Shown: one piece after another, positions 7,433-17,300 of the stretch
How positions within the stretch are numbered: position 1 is the stretch's first letter
Layout: each line of letters begins with the position of its first letter
NCBI RefSeq assembly: GCF_003931915.1
Contig: NZ_RSAA01000006.1
Location: 81,255 to 105,254 of the forward strand
DNA length: 24,000 nt
Reading direction: 5' to 3'
Origin: Saccharopolyspora rhizosphaerae
Lineage (GTDB): Bacteria > Actinomycetota > Actinomycetes > Mycobacteriales > Pseudonocardiaceae
Made by a program: the position numbers and the translations under genes
Notes under the pieces: generated by a model
The model's database searches: none
What the model was told of the DNA's origin: nothing
Seen by the model: the letters and a program-made list of their open reading frames with translations, nothing else

Positions 7433-9216
7433 TCCTCCGGACTACCTCCGCTCGGCGAGTGCAACCGTTCCAGCGACTTCCCCTTGCCCAGGTACATGTG
7501 CACGCCGCAGGGCAAGCAGGGGTCGAAGCTGCGGACCGTGCGCATGATGTCGATGCCCTTGAAGTTCTCCCGGTTGTTCTCCTCGAACAGCGGCTGGTCC
7601 TGCACCGCGTCCTCGTAGGGGCCCGGGGTGCCGAAGCTGTCGCGCGGACTGGCGTTCCAGGGCGTCGGCGGGTACGGGTGGTAGTTGGCGATCTTGCCGT
7701 CCTGGATCACCATGTGGTGCGAGAGAACGCCGCGCACCGCTTCGGTGAAGCCGCAGCCGACCGCCTCGTCGGGCACCTCGAAGCGCTCCCAGGTCTTGGT
7801 GTTGCCGGCGTGGATCTCGGCCATCGCGCGTTCGGCGAAGTGCAACGCGCACGCGGCGGCGTAGGCCTGGAAGTAGGTCCGGGCGCGGTTGCGCTCCAGC
7901 GTGTTGCTCCACTTCGGGATCTTCCACTCGAGCTCGACCTCGGGCTTGAGCCCGGTCTTGGGCAGCCGGATCTTCACGCTCTGGCCGGTCGCCTTGACGT
8001 GGTCGGTCTCGACCTTGCCCGCCAGCGCGGTCGCCCACAGGCGGGCGAGCGGGCCGCCACCGGTGTCCAGCGGCAGGTGGTCCTTGCCGTCGTACCACCG
8101 CGGCGACATGACCCAGCTGTACTTGTCGTCGAGGTCGCGGCGCTGCGGGTGCGGGTTGGTGTGCTGGTTCCAGGGGTGGCGTTCGTCGACCGGGTTGCCC
8201 AGCGGGTCGCGTTCGACGAACTTGCCCTGACCCTTCCAGTCGTCGTAGTAGGAGCTGCCGAGCAGGATCCGGATGCCCAGGTTGATGTCGACCAGGTCGG
8301 TGGTGACCAGCCTGCCGTCCACCACGACTCCAGGGGTCACGAACATCTTGTTGCCCCAGGCGTTCATGTCCTTGTAGGAGAAGTTGCACACCTCGGGGTC
8401 TTGGAAGGCCCCCCAGCAGCCGAGCAGGATGCGCCGGTTGCCGACCTGCTCGTAGCCGGGCAGCGCCTCGTAGAAGAAGTCGAAGAGGTCGTCGTGCAGC
8501 GGCACCGCGCGCTTCATGAACTCCACGTAGCGCATCAGCCGGGTCGTGTAGTCGGTCATGAGCTGGACCGTGGCGACGGTGCCGACCCCGCCCGGGTACA
8601 ACGTGGAGGGGTGCACGTGCCTGCCCTCCATGAGGCAGAACATCTCCCGGGTGCTGCGGCTGACCTGCAGCGCTTCGCGGTAGTACTCGCCGGAGAAGGG
8701 GTTGAGCGCGCGCATGATGTCGGCGATGGTCCGGTACCCGTGCTTGTCCGCGTTGGGAGCTCGGGTGTTCTCCGCCTTCTTGAGCACGCCCGGGTTGGTC
8801 TCGGAGACCATCTTCTCGCAGTAGTCGACCCCGACCAGGTTCTCCTGGAAGATGTTGTGGTCGAACATGTACTCGGCGGCCTCGCCGAGGTTGACGATCC
8901 ACTCGCTGATGTTCGGGGGCTTGACCCCGTAGGCCATGTTCTGCGTGTAGCAGGAGCAGGTGGCGTGGTTGTCCCCGCAGATGCCGCAGATCCGGCTGGT
9001 GATGAAGTGCGCGTCGCGCGGGTCCTTGTCCTTCATGAAGATGCTGTACCCGCGGAAGATCGACGAAGTGCTCTTGCACTCGGCGACGGTCCGGTTCTCG
9101 AAGTCGATCTTGGTGTAGATCCCGAGGCTGCCGACGATGCGGGTGATCGGGTCCCAGTTCATGTCGACGAGCTGGGTCTTCTCCTTCTTCGTGGAAGGCT
9201 GCACTTTCGTGGCCAT
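7429..9216 (-). CDS. hhyL: [NiFe]-hydrogenase large subunit, group 1h/5 (high-affinity type)
   Basis: The 734-aa track ORF was trimmed to MATKVQPSTKKEKTQLVDMNWDPITRIVG (ATG 9216-9214), giving 595 aa. The L1 motif TSRICGICGDNH and L2 motif SFDPCLPCGVH match the group 5/1h signatures. After the His there is a 22-aa C-terminal extension (MYLGKGKSLERLHSPSGGSPEE), presumably removed by the endopeptidase. Confidence 0.95.
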   Translation of the reverse strand: MATKVQPSTKKEKTQLVDMNWDPITRIVGSLGIYTKIDFENRTVAECKSTSSIFRGYSIFMKDKDPRDAHFITSRICGICGDNHATCSCYTQNMAYGVKPPNISEWIVNLGEAAEYMFDHNIFQENLVGVDYCEKMVSETNPGVLKKAENTRAPNADKHGYRTIADIMRALNPFSGEYYREALQVSRSTREMFCLMEGRHVHPSTLYPGGVGTVATVQLMTDYTTRLMRYVEFMKRAVPLHDDLFDFFYEALPGYEQVGNRRILLGCWGAFQDPEVCNFSYKDMNAWGNKMFVTPGVVVDGRLVTTDLVDINLGIRILLGSSYYDDWKGQGKFVERDPLGNPVDERHPWNQHTNPHPQRRDLDDKYSWVMSPRWYDGKDHLPLDTGGGPLARLWATALAGKVETDHVKATGQSVKIRLPKTGLKPEVELEWKIPKWSNTLERNRARTYFQAYAAACALHFAERAMAEIHAGNTKTWERFEVPDEAVGCGFTEAVRGVLSHHMVIQDGKIANYHPYPPTPWNASPRDSFGTPGPYEDAVQDQPLFEENNRENFKGIDIMRTVRSFDPCLPCGVHMYLGKGKSLERLHSPSGGSPEE

Positions 9217-9286
9217 GTGGCTGTCCCCCTGCGGACGGGTGCGAATTCGGGCGGGTGCCCGGGCGCGGTGCCGGGCTGGGTGCCGG

Positions 9287-10345
9287 CTAGCGCTGCGATC
9301 CCTGGTAGCCGGTGGTGAGCTCGGCGGCGCGATGGCGCCACTTGGGTTCCTTGTCGAGCGTCTTGCCGGTGATCTTGCGCAGCGAGCGGACCGCGGCGCC
9401 GTAGGGACCGACCACGGTGGTGGACAGCTTCCCGCCGGGGGGTTCGTCCATGAACGGCATGAACTTGTCCGGGAACCCGGGCATGGTGCAACCGATGCAG
9501 ATGCCGCCGACGTTGGGGCAACCGCCGATGCCGTCCATCCAGCCCCGCTTGGGCACGTTGCACTTGACGACCGGGCCCCAGCACCCGAGCTTGACGATGC
9601 ACTTCTCCGAGCCGTACTCCTCGGCGAAGTCACCCTGCTCGTAGTAACCCGCGCGATCGCAACCCTCGTGCACGGTCCTGCCGAACAGCCAGGTCGGCCG
9701 CAGCGCCTCGTCCAGCGGGATCATCGGCGCCTGACCACTGGCCTGGTAGAGCAGGTAGGTGATCGTCTCGGCGAGGTTGTCGGGCTGGATCGGGCAGCCG
9801 GGCACGCACACGATCGGCAAGCCCGCCTTGGACTTCCAGTCCCAGCCCAGGTAGTCGGGGACACCCATGGCGCCGGTCGGGTTGCCCGCCATGGCGTGGA
9901 TCCCGCCGTAGGTCGCGCAGGTTCCCGCGGCCAGCACGGCCAAGGCCTTGGGCGCGAGCCGGTCGATCCACTCGTTGGTCGTGATCGGCTGCTGGGTGGC
10001 CGGGTCGTTGCCGAACCCGCACCAGTACCCCTCGCCGCTGACCTCCTCGTTCGGGATCGAGCCCTCGACCACCAGCACGAAGGGCTCCAGCTCGCCGCGG
10101 TCGGCCTTGCGGAACCACTCGAGGAAGTCGTCGGCCCCGCCCTGCGGACCGCACTCGAAGTCGATCAGCGGCCAGTGCACCGCCACGTTCGGCAGTCCCG
10201 GCAGGGCGCCGAGCGCGATCTCCTCCACGCTCGGCTGGGTCGCGGCGGTCAGCGCGACGGAGTCGCCGTCGCAGCTGAGTCCTGCGTTGATCCACAGCAC
10301 GTGGATCGGTGCTTGCTCAGGAGAAGTCTTCGCCCCTGCTGTCAT
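9287..10345 (-). CDS. hhyS: [NiFe]-hydrogenase small subunit, group 1h/5, no Tat signal
   Basis: 352 aa. Contains Cys clusters typical of small subunits (GLSCDGDS, GTCATYGG, VPGCP, KLGCWGPVVKCN, GGCPNVGGICIGC). The N-terminus MTAGAKTSPEQAPIHVLW has no RRxFxK twin-arginine motif. Confidence 0.95.
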   Translation of the reverse strand: MTAGAKTSPEQAPIHVLWINAGLSCDGDSVALTAATQPSVEEIALGALPGLPNVAVHWPLIDFECGPQGGADDFLEWFRKADRGELEPFVLVVEGSIPNEEVSGEGYWCGFGNDPATQQPITTNEWIDRLAPKALAVLAAGTCATYGGIHAMAGNPTGAMGVPDYLGWDWKSKAGLPIVCVPGCPIQPDNLAETITYLLYQASGQAPMIPLDEALRPTWLFGRTVHEGCDRAGYYEQGDFAEEYGSEKCIVKLGCWGPVVKCNVPKRGWMDGIGGCPNVGGICIGCTMPGFPDKFMPFMDEPPGGKLSTTVVGPYGAAVRSLRKITGKTLDKEPKWRHRAAELTTGYQGSQR

Positions 10346-10526
10346 CGTGCCACCACCTCCAGGTGTCTCGGACGGGCCGGGTGGGCCCGGGTTCCTCGGC
10401 GATCGGGTGGCACGTCGTGTCAGCGAGCTCCGCTCCGCGGCGGTGGCACGGGTGCTACCCCTCGGCGGTGGCCCGGCACGAGCTCACCGCTCCTCAACTG
10501 ATCCGGCACGATCACCCCCTCTGCTG
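10346..10526 (-). promoter_or_regulatory. Upstream region of hhyS (181 bp): RBS plus a repeated GGCACG-containing motif array, probable promoter/operator region
   Basis: RBS GGAGGTG lies about 10 nt upstream of the ATG. On the plus strand, GGTGGCACG occurs at 10406-10414 and 10442-10450. CCGGCACGA occurs at 10473-10481 and 10503-10511. The inverted copy CGTGCCACC at 10346-10354 abuts the start codon. I could not assign a clear -35/-10 pair. Confidence 0.3.
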
Positions 10527-11333
10527 TCAGGAGCCCTCGAGGTCGGCGGACGGACGTTCGGTGCGCGCGGTCCGGTCCCGGGCGAGGGTCCGGTTGGTCA
10601 GCCGCAGCTGACGGTCGGTGCAGTCGCGCAGTGCGGCGAGCTGCCGGTCGTTGAGCCGGTCGCAGACCCAGTCCCAGTGCATCGAAACCTGGTCCCCGGG
10701 TTTGATGTCGCGCAGCAGCGAGCGTCCGCGGTCCGCCCAGCGCGGCCGTTCCTCCCGTTCCGGACCCCACGACAGCTGCCGGCCGTCCCACCTCAGCGGG
10801 CGGGAGCGCACGACGGCGCGGTCCCCTTCCACGGCCAGCACCCGGCCCCACCGGATGCGGCACTGGTCGAGCACCGACAGGGCGGGTTCGCCGTCACCGC
10901 GGCCGAGCATGCCGACCCACGGGTACACCTCGAAGACGTGGAAGCTGTGGTGCGGCAACGCCTCCGACGTCTCGAACCGTCCCGCGGGCAGTCCGGAGAA
11001 CCGGGCTCCGACCTGGTCGGCGAAGCGGGCCCGCACCGTCGCGCCGAACCGGACCGGGTCGACCTGCTCCAGCAGCGGGCTGCCGATCCAGTACGCCTCG
11101 ACGACGGCCGGATCCAGGGGATCCGTACCGGTACCGGCGGAGATCACCTCCAGGTAGGCCCACGCCCCGTCGAAATCTCGTGCGCGGCGGACCAATTCGC
11201 TCTCCGACACCACATCCTCCGCAGACGCGGAGGACAGCAGCTCCTCGGCGGAAGGCGGCCCGCAGTAGCCCAGCTCGTTGGGCGGGTAGGCGTAGCGCGC
11301 GAACATCGCAGGTCCGCTCTCCAGCTGGTGCAC
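10527..11333 (-). CDS. Conserved hypothetical protein (268 aa) encoded after hypE, function unknown
   Basis: The ORF starts at GTG 11333-11331 (RBS AAGGAGG); an alternative ATG lies at 11306. The sequence FARYAYPPNELGYCGPP... has high GC3. It sits 24 nt downstream of the hypE stop, so it is probably co-transcribed. From memory it resembles a 'DUF6390'-type protein. Not verified. Confidence 0.7.
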   Translation of the reverse strand: MHQLESGPAMFARYAYPPNELGYCGPPSAEELLSSASAEDVVSESELVRRARDFDGAWAYLEVISAGTGTDPLDPAVVEAYWIGSPLLEQVDPVRFGATVRARFADQVGARFSGLPAGRFETSEALPHHSFHVFEVYPWVGMLGRGDGEPALSVLDQCRIRWGRVLAVEGDRAVVRSRPLRWDGRQLSWGPEREERPRWADRGRSLLRDIKPGDQVSMHWDWVCDRLNDRQLAALRDCTDRQLRLTNRTLARDRTARTERPSADLEGS

Positions 11334-11357
11334 GGTCCTCCTTCCCCGACCCGACGG

Positions 11358-12441
11358 TCAGCAGATCCGGGGCAGCTGCTCGCCCAGCGGCAGGTCCACG
11401 ACCCGGGTGGCGCCGAGGCCGGTCCGGGCCACCATCGTGCCCGGGTGTTCGGCCACGCACTCGCCGATCACCCGCGCCTCGGCACCGAGCTCGTGGCGGC
11501 GCATCGCCTCCAGGACCCTGTCGGCGTCGTCTGCGGGCACGATCGCGATCAGCTTGCCCTCGTTGGCCACCAACATCGGGTCCAGTCCCAGCAGTCCGCA
11601 GGCGTTGACCACCGAGTCCGGCACCGGCAACGACCGCTCGTCGATGCGGATGCCGACCTGGGCGGCGCGGGCGATCTCGTTGATCGAGGCCGCCAGTCCA
11701 CCGCGGGTGGGGTCGCGCAGCACGTGGATGTCGGCGCCCGTCGCGAGCATCTCCGTGACGAGCCCGTTGAGCGGCGCGGTGTCGCTGCGCACCGCCGTGC
11801 CGAACTCGACGCCGTGCCGGCTGCTCATCACCGCGACCCCGTGCAACCCGAGTGGGCCGCTCACCAGCACCTTGTCGCCCACGCTCGCCCTCGACGGCCG
11901 GACGTCGACGCCATCGTCGACGATGCCGATCCCAGCGGTGTTGACGTAGATCCCGTCCCCGTGGCCGGAGTCGACGACCTTGGTGTCCCCTGTGACCAGC
12001 CGGACGCCCGCGCGCAGCGCCGCCTCCCCCATGGTCCTGGCGACCCTGCCGAGGTCCTCCATCGACGTGCCCTCCTCGATGATGAAGGCCGTCGACAGGA
12101 ACTGGGGCCGTGCGCCGGACATCGCCACGTCGTTGACGGTGCCGTTGACCGCGAGGTCACCGACGTTGCCGCCGGGGAAGAACGTGGGCTTGACGACGTA
12201 GGAGTCAGTCGAGAACGCCACCCGGCAACCGGGCAGCGGCAGCACCGCGGCATCCCCGCCGTCCCCACCGTTGGCCTCGCCGTAACCGGCGAGGAACAGG
12301 TGCTCGACGAGCTCGGCGGACAGGGCTCCGCCGGCGCCGTGGCCCATGACGATGGTCGGCGAATCCCGCAACGGCAGCGGGCAGCTCCAGCCCGGGTCGA
12401 TCGCGGTGGCCGCCACCTCGCGGGAGCCGGTGATCACGTTC

Positions 12442-12449
<8 letters not shown>
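11358..12449 (-). CDS. hypE: Hydrogenase maturation carbamoyl dehydratase HypE
   Basis: The ORF was trimmed to MSENVITGS (ATG 12449-12447, an 8-nt overlap with hypD). It shows an AIR-synthase-like fold signature and the diagnostic C-terminus ...GEQLPRIC. 363 aa. Confidence 0.95.
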
Positions 12450-13550
<1,101 letters not shown>

Positions 13551-13554
<4 letters not shown>

Positions 13555-13862
13555 GCTCGGGGCTCCTGTTCCACACCGGGCTGCTCGACTCCGGCTTGCT
13601 TCGCCGCCTGCGCGAACCCGTCGCCGAACTCCTCCTCCAGCAGCCCGAGGTTCTCGAAGTTCGCTAGGGTCTCCAGCGCCGACTTCTCGTCCAACCGCTG
13701 GATCGCGAATCCCACGTGGACGATCACGTAGTCGTCGACCGCGACGCTGGGGAGGTACTCCAGGCACACGTCCTTGAGCACGCCTCCGAAATCGACTTCG
13801 GCCATCCGGGCTCCGTCTTCCGACCGGAGGCCGACGACGCGTCCGGGGACTGCCAAGCACAT
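13551..13862 (-). CDS. hypC: HypC/HupF-family hydrogenase assembly chaperone (copy 2, with an acidic C-terminal extension)
   Basis: The ORF was trimmed to [10 protein letters not shown] (ATG 13862-13860, RBS AAGGAGA). 103 aa. The C-terminal tail reads ...[28 protein letters not shown]. Confidence 0.9.
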
Positions 13863-14134
13863 GGGCACGGTCTCCTTCCGTGGCCGGGTTCGCGTCCCGG
13901 CGCGCAGACCAGCGCGAGAACGGCTCGTCGCTGTCGTGGTGGGGGTTCGGTCAGGTGGGTCCACGGAGAAGTGGTCGTCATGCTCTGCGTCGCACCTAGG
14001 CCGTGTGTAGACCTGCTCCACACCGCCTGCAAGTCGAGCTCTCTACGTGAAAATCTCGCGCATACCGTAGTTCCCACAGCTCACAGCGCATGCGGACGAG
14101 ATCATCCAGTCGCGCCCGGAAACACGGCTCTGGC

Positions 14135-16393
14135 TCATCCGGGGCACGCGGCGACGACCGCCTGGCCCAGGCACACCCCGCCGTCGTTGGTCGGGACCCG
14201 CGAGTGCGTGAGCACGCGAAAACCGCGATCTTCCAAGGCGGACACGGTGCGGTCGAGCAGCAGCAGGTTCTGGAAGACCCCTCCCGACAGGGCTACACCG
14301 GTGACACCGGTCCGATCCCCGAGCACCTGGCACCCGCGCACGATCACGTCCACCACCCCGTTGTGGAAGCGCGCAGCGATCCGCGACGGGTCGACCCCCG
14401 CTCGCAAGTCCTCGACGCAGGCGCGGACCAGGTCGACCCCGGCGACGACCAGCGGGTCGGAGTCGGAGATCCTGGCGCGGTAGGAGGCGGTTTCGGTGAT
14501 GTCGGCACGTTGTTCGAGCTCGACCGCCGCCTGGCCCTCGTAGTTGATCGCATCGCGCGAGCCCAGCAGCGAGGCCACCGCGTCGAACAGCCGGCCCGCG
14601 CTGGAGGTCAGCGGCGAGTTGAGCCCGGCCCGCAGCAGGCTGCGCACACCGGCCCACTCGGACTCGTTGCGGCGCAGCACCTCCAGGTCGGCGGCCGAGA
14701 TCTCAGCACTGGCGAGGTAGGAGGCCGCCATCCGCCACGGTTGCTTGATCGCCGCCGTGCCACCGGGCATCGGCACCACGCCCAGGTGACCCACGCGCCG
14801 GAAGCTCGAGACGTCGGCGAGCAGGAACTCACCTCCCCAGATCGTGCCGTCGGTGCCGTACCCGGTGCCGTCGAACGCCACGCCGATGACCGGGCCGCGT
14901 TCCCCGTTGTCCGCCAGGCAGGAGGCGATGTGCGCGTGGTGGTGCTGCACACCGACCCGTTCCACGCCGTCGAGTGCGCGCGCGTACTTCGTCGACAGGT
15001 ACTCCGGGTGCAGGTCGTGCGCGACGACCTGCGGGGTGATGTCGAAGAGCTCGCGGAAGTGGTCGATCCCCGTGGTGAACGAGCGCAGCGTCTCGTAGTT
15101 CTCGAGATCGCCGATGTGGTGGGAGAGGAAGGCGTGCTTGCCCGCCGCGAGGCAGAAGGTGTTCTTCAGCTCTGCTCCGCACGCGAGCACCGGACGGCCG
15201 AAGCCGCCCGGCACGGTCACGGGTTCGGGGACGTACCCGCGCGAGCGGCGCTGCAGCTGCTCTCGCCCGCGGAACGGACGCACCACCGAGTCGTCGGTGC
15301 GGATGTGGATCTCCCTGTCGTGCACGAGGAAGGCGTCCGCGATGCCGCGCAGCCGGGTGAGCGCGTCGTCGTCCTGGTGGACGATCGGTTCGTCGGAGAC
15401 GTTCGCGCTGGTGAGCACGATCGGAGCGGCGAGGTCGGCGAGCAGCAGGTGGTGCAGCGGGGTGTAGGGCAGCATGATGCCCAGCTGCCGGTTGCCGGGC
15501 GCCACCTCCGCCGCCACCGCGGCGTCAGGGTGCTTGGGCAGCAGGACGATCGGCCTGCGCCGGCCGAGCAGCAGCCGTTCTGCGAGTGCGTCGACCTGGC
15601 CGAGGCGGCGCGCTGCGTCCAGGTCGGGCACCATCACGGCGAACGGCTTGTCCTCCCGGTGCTTCCGCGCGCGCAGCGTCGCCGCCGCGGTGGGGTGGGC
15701 CGCGTCCACCGCCAAGTGGTAGCCACCCAGTCCTTTGATCGCGACGACCTGCCCGGCGCGCAGGCCGCTCACGACCGCCTGCACCGGATCTCCGGGGATG
15801 CGCCGACCGTGCGCGTCGTGCAGCCCCAAGCTCGGTCCGCAGTCCGGGCAGCACACCGGTTGGGCGTGGAAGCGGCGGTCCCGGGGGTCGTCGTACTCCC
15901 GCGCGCACGCGGGGCACATCGGGAACCCCGCCATGGTGGTGAGCGGTCGGTCGTAGGGGATCCCGCGCACGATCGTGAACCGCGGGCCGCAGTGGGTGCA
16001 GTTGACGAACGGGTACCGGTAGCGCCGGTCGGCCGGGTCGTGCAACTCGGCCAGGCAGTCCTCGCAGGTGGCGCTGTCGGCCGAGACCAGCGTGTTGGTC
16101 TGGCCGCCGGTCGGACTGGCGACGATGCGGAACTCGGCCTCGCCCACCGGCGCGATCTCCTCGGAGCGCACCGCGTCGACCACCGCGAGTGCCGGCGCCT
16201 CGGTCTGCAGGGAGTCCAGGAACTTCTCGATCGCCGATCGATCACCCTCGACCTCGACGAAGACGCCGTCCGAGTCGTTGCCGACGTGACCGCCGAGCCC
16301 GAGGCGCGTCGCGAGGCCGTGCGCGAACGGCCGGAAACCGACCCCCTGCACCACGCCTTCGACACGCACGGACACCCTGACCTGCTCACTCAC
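14135..16393 (-). CDS. hypF: Carbamoyltransferase HypF
   Basis: Contains an acylphosphatase domain (VEGVVQGVGFRPF), two Zn-finger pairs (CEDC...CTHCGPRF; CPAC...CPDCGP), and YrdC-like and Kae1-like C-terminal domains. The start is set at the second of two GTGs (16393-16391), 6 nt after RBS AGGAGGGAG; 16396 is equally possible. About 752 aa. Confidence 0.93.
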   Translation of the reverse strand: MSEQVRVSVRVEGVVQGVGFRPFAHGLATRLGLGGHVGNDSDGVFVEVEGDRSAIEKFLDSLQTEAPALAVVDAVRSEEIAPVGEAEFRIVASPTGGQTNTLVSADSATCEDCLAELHDPADRRYRYPFVNCTHCGPRFTIVRGIPYDRPLTTMAGFPMCPACAREYDDPRDRRFHAQPVCCPDCGPSLGLHDAHGRRIPGDPVQAVVSGLRAGQVVAIKGLGGYHLAVDAAHPTAAATLRARKHREDKPFAVMVPDLDAARRLGQVDALAERLLLGRRRPIVLLPKHPDAAVAAEVAPGNRQLGIMLPYTPLHHLLLADLAAPIVLTSANVSDEPIVHQDDDALTRLRGIADAFLVHDREIHIRTDDSVVRPFRGREQLQRRSRGYVPEPVTVPGGFGRPVLACGAELKNTFCLAAGKHAFLSHHIGDLENYETLRSFTTGIDHFRELFDITPQVVAHDLHPEYLSTKYARALDGVERVGVQHHHAHIASCLADNGERGPVIGVAFDGTGYGTDGTIWGGEFLLADVSSFRRVGHLGVVPMPGGTAAIKQPWRMAASYLASAEISAADLEVLRRNESEWAGVRSLLRAGLNSPLTSSAGRLFDAVASLLGSRDAINYEGQAAVELEQRADITETASYRARISDSDPLVVAGVDLVRACVEDLRAGVDPSRIAARFHNGVVDVIVRGCQVLGDRTGVTGVALSGGVFQNLLLLDRTVSALEDRGFRVLTHSRVPTNDGGVCLGQAVVAACPG

Positions 16394-16695
16394 CACGGAC
16401 TCCCTCCTGCCACCACGATCGCGGTGCGCTCGGTGTCCATGGAACCGCAACCCGCGCCCCTCCACGACCGGGTCCTCTGTGGACATGCTGCGACGATCCC
16501 CCGTTGTGAAGCCGAGAATCCTTCACGCGAGCAGGAGGACCGCTCGGGCGTCGGGCAGATCCGAGCGGCAGCAGGAGGCTGTTCACCATCGCGGCGCACC
16601 GCCGCCGGCAGCGCCTCGTGGCGAGTCGCGCACACCAGGAGTGGTGCAGGTGGCCCCGGAGCCGCCCAGGTCCTGCTACCGGTACCCGAAGGCGT

Positions 16696-17193
16696 TCAGG
16701 AGCGCTTGTAGACCTTGCCGTCGAGGGTGCGCGGGCGGTCTGAGGGCGGCCAGACGTACGGCATGTCGTCGGGGACGCCGTCGAAGAACCGCCGGTAGTG
16801 CTCGGGGTGCTTCCGCACCAACGCGGACTGGTGGCTGCGGTGGAACAGCGGGTCGCCCCACCACGGCGGCAGCTCTCCGGCCTCCGCGAGCTCGTCCTGC
16901 GAACGCACCGCGGTCAGCCCGGTCGTCTCCAGCAGGTCTTCGCGGATGCTCACCTCGCAGGTGTCGGGCCTGCCGGTCACGGTCCAGGCACCGCACATCG
17001 CGAGGCCGTAGCAGGCCAACGCCTCTTCGTACCCCGCCCACATCGCCACCGCGGGGTGGTGCTGCCAGCCGTACCCCTCCCGGGTCAGCGCGCGCAGCAC
17101 CTGCAGCGCTTCCACGCGCTGCTTGCCGAGCCGGCGATCATCGAGCACCGCGGCCGACTCGTCGAAGCTCGGGTACGGGAGGAACGTCTGCAC
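16696..17193 (-). CDS. T4 endonuclease V-like pyrimidine-dimer DNA glycosylase family protein ('MSMEG_6728-family')
   Basis: The N-terminus (V)QTFLPYPSFDESAAVLDDRRLGKQRVEALQVLRAL...HPAVAMW matches my memory of actinobacterial Pyr_excise-like proteins, which start MQTFLPYPDF...LGKQRVE. The start is taken as GTG 17193-17191. The track's longer start at 17220 is the alternative. Confidence 0.6.
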   Translation of the reverse strand: MQTFLPYPSFDESAAVLDDRRLGKQRVEALQVLRALTREGYGWQHHPAVAMWAGYEEALACYGLAMCGAWTVTGRPDTCEVSIREDLLETTGLTAVRSQDELAEAGELPPWWGDPLFHRSHQSALVRKHPEHYRRFFDGVPDDMPYVWPPSDRPRTLDGKVYKRS

Positions 17194-17273
17194 CCCTCCC
17201 GGGTTCCCGCACGCCACCACGGGTAACCGCCCACCGAGGCACCGCCGGTGTCCGTGCGCTCACGTGGACCGGG

Positions 17274-17297
17274 CGCGGTCGGTCCACCGACGGCGTG
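17274..17297 (-). terminator. GC-rich hairpin immediately after the NTF2-like gene stop (possible factor-independent terminator without a U-tract)
   Basis: GTGGACCG (17274-17281) pairs perfectly with CGGTCCAC (17290-17297), leaving an 8-nt loop. It lies 4 nt downstream of the stop at 17301-17303 on the minus strand. No T-run follows. Confidence 0.25.
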
Positions 17298-17300
17298 CCG

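Noticed and set aside
9217-9286. Triple GGCACC repeat in the 70-bp hhyS-hhyL spacer (minus strand: GGCACCcagcccGGCACCgcgcccgGGCACC)
   Set aside because: The repeat is short and GC-rich, of the kind common in this genome's composition. The spacer is simply the inter-cistronic region carrying the hhyL RBS, and I have no independent support for a function.
9217-9633. N-terminal extensions in the ORF track (hhyL as 734 aa; similar extensions for hypA, hypD, hypE, hypF, hypC copy 2, the endopeptidase, the three unknowns, lacI and permease 2)
   Set aside because: The extensions are low-complexity and overlap the upstream gene in another frame. They are unnecessary, because each gene has an RBS-preceded start or an ATGA/GTGA overlap at the position where homologous N-termini begin.
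10420-10520. Small minus-strand ORF (about 30 aa, VPDQLRSGELVPGHRRGVAPVPPPRSGAR) in the hhyS upstream region, following a GAGGGGG purine run
   Set aside because: The composition is Pro/Arg/Gly-rich with only moderate GC3 and no hydrophobic or conserved-looking feature. It overlaps the repeat array, which is more plausibly regulatory DNA.
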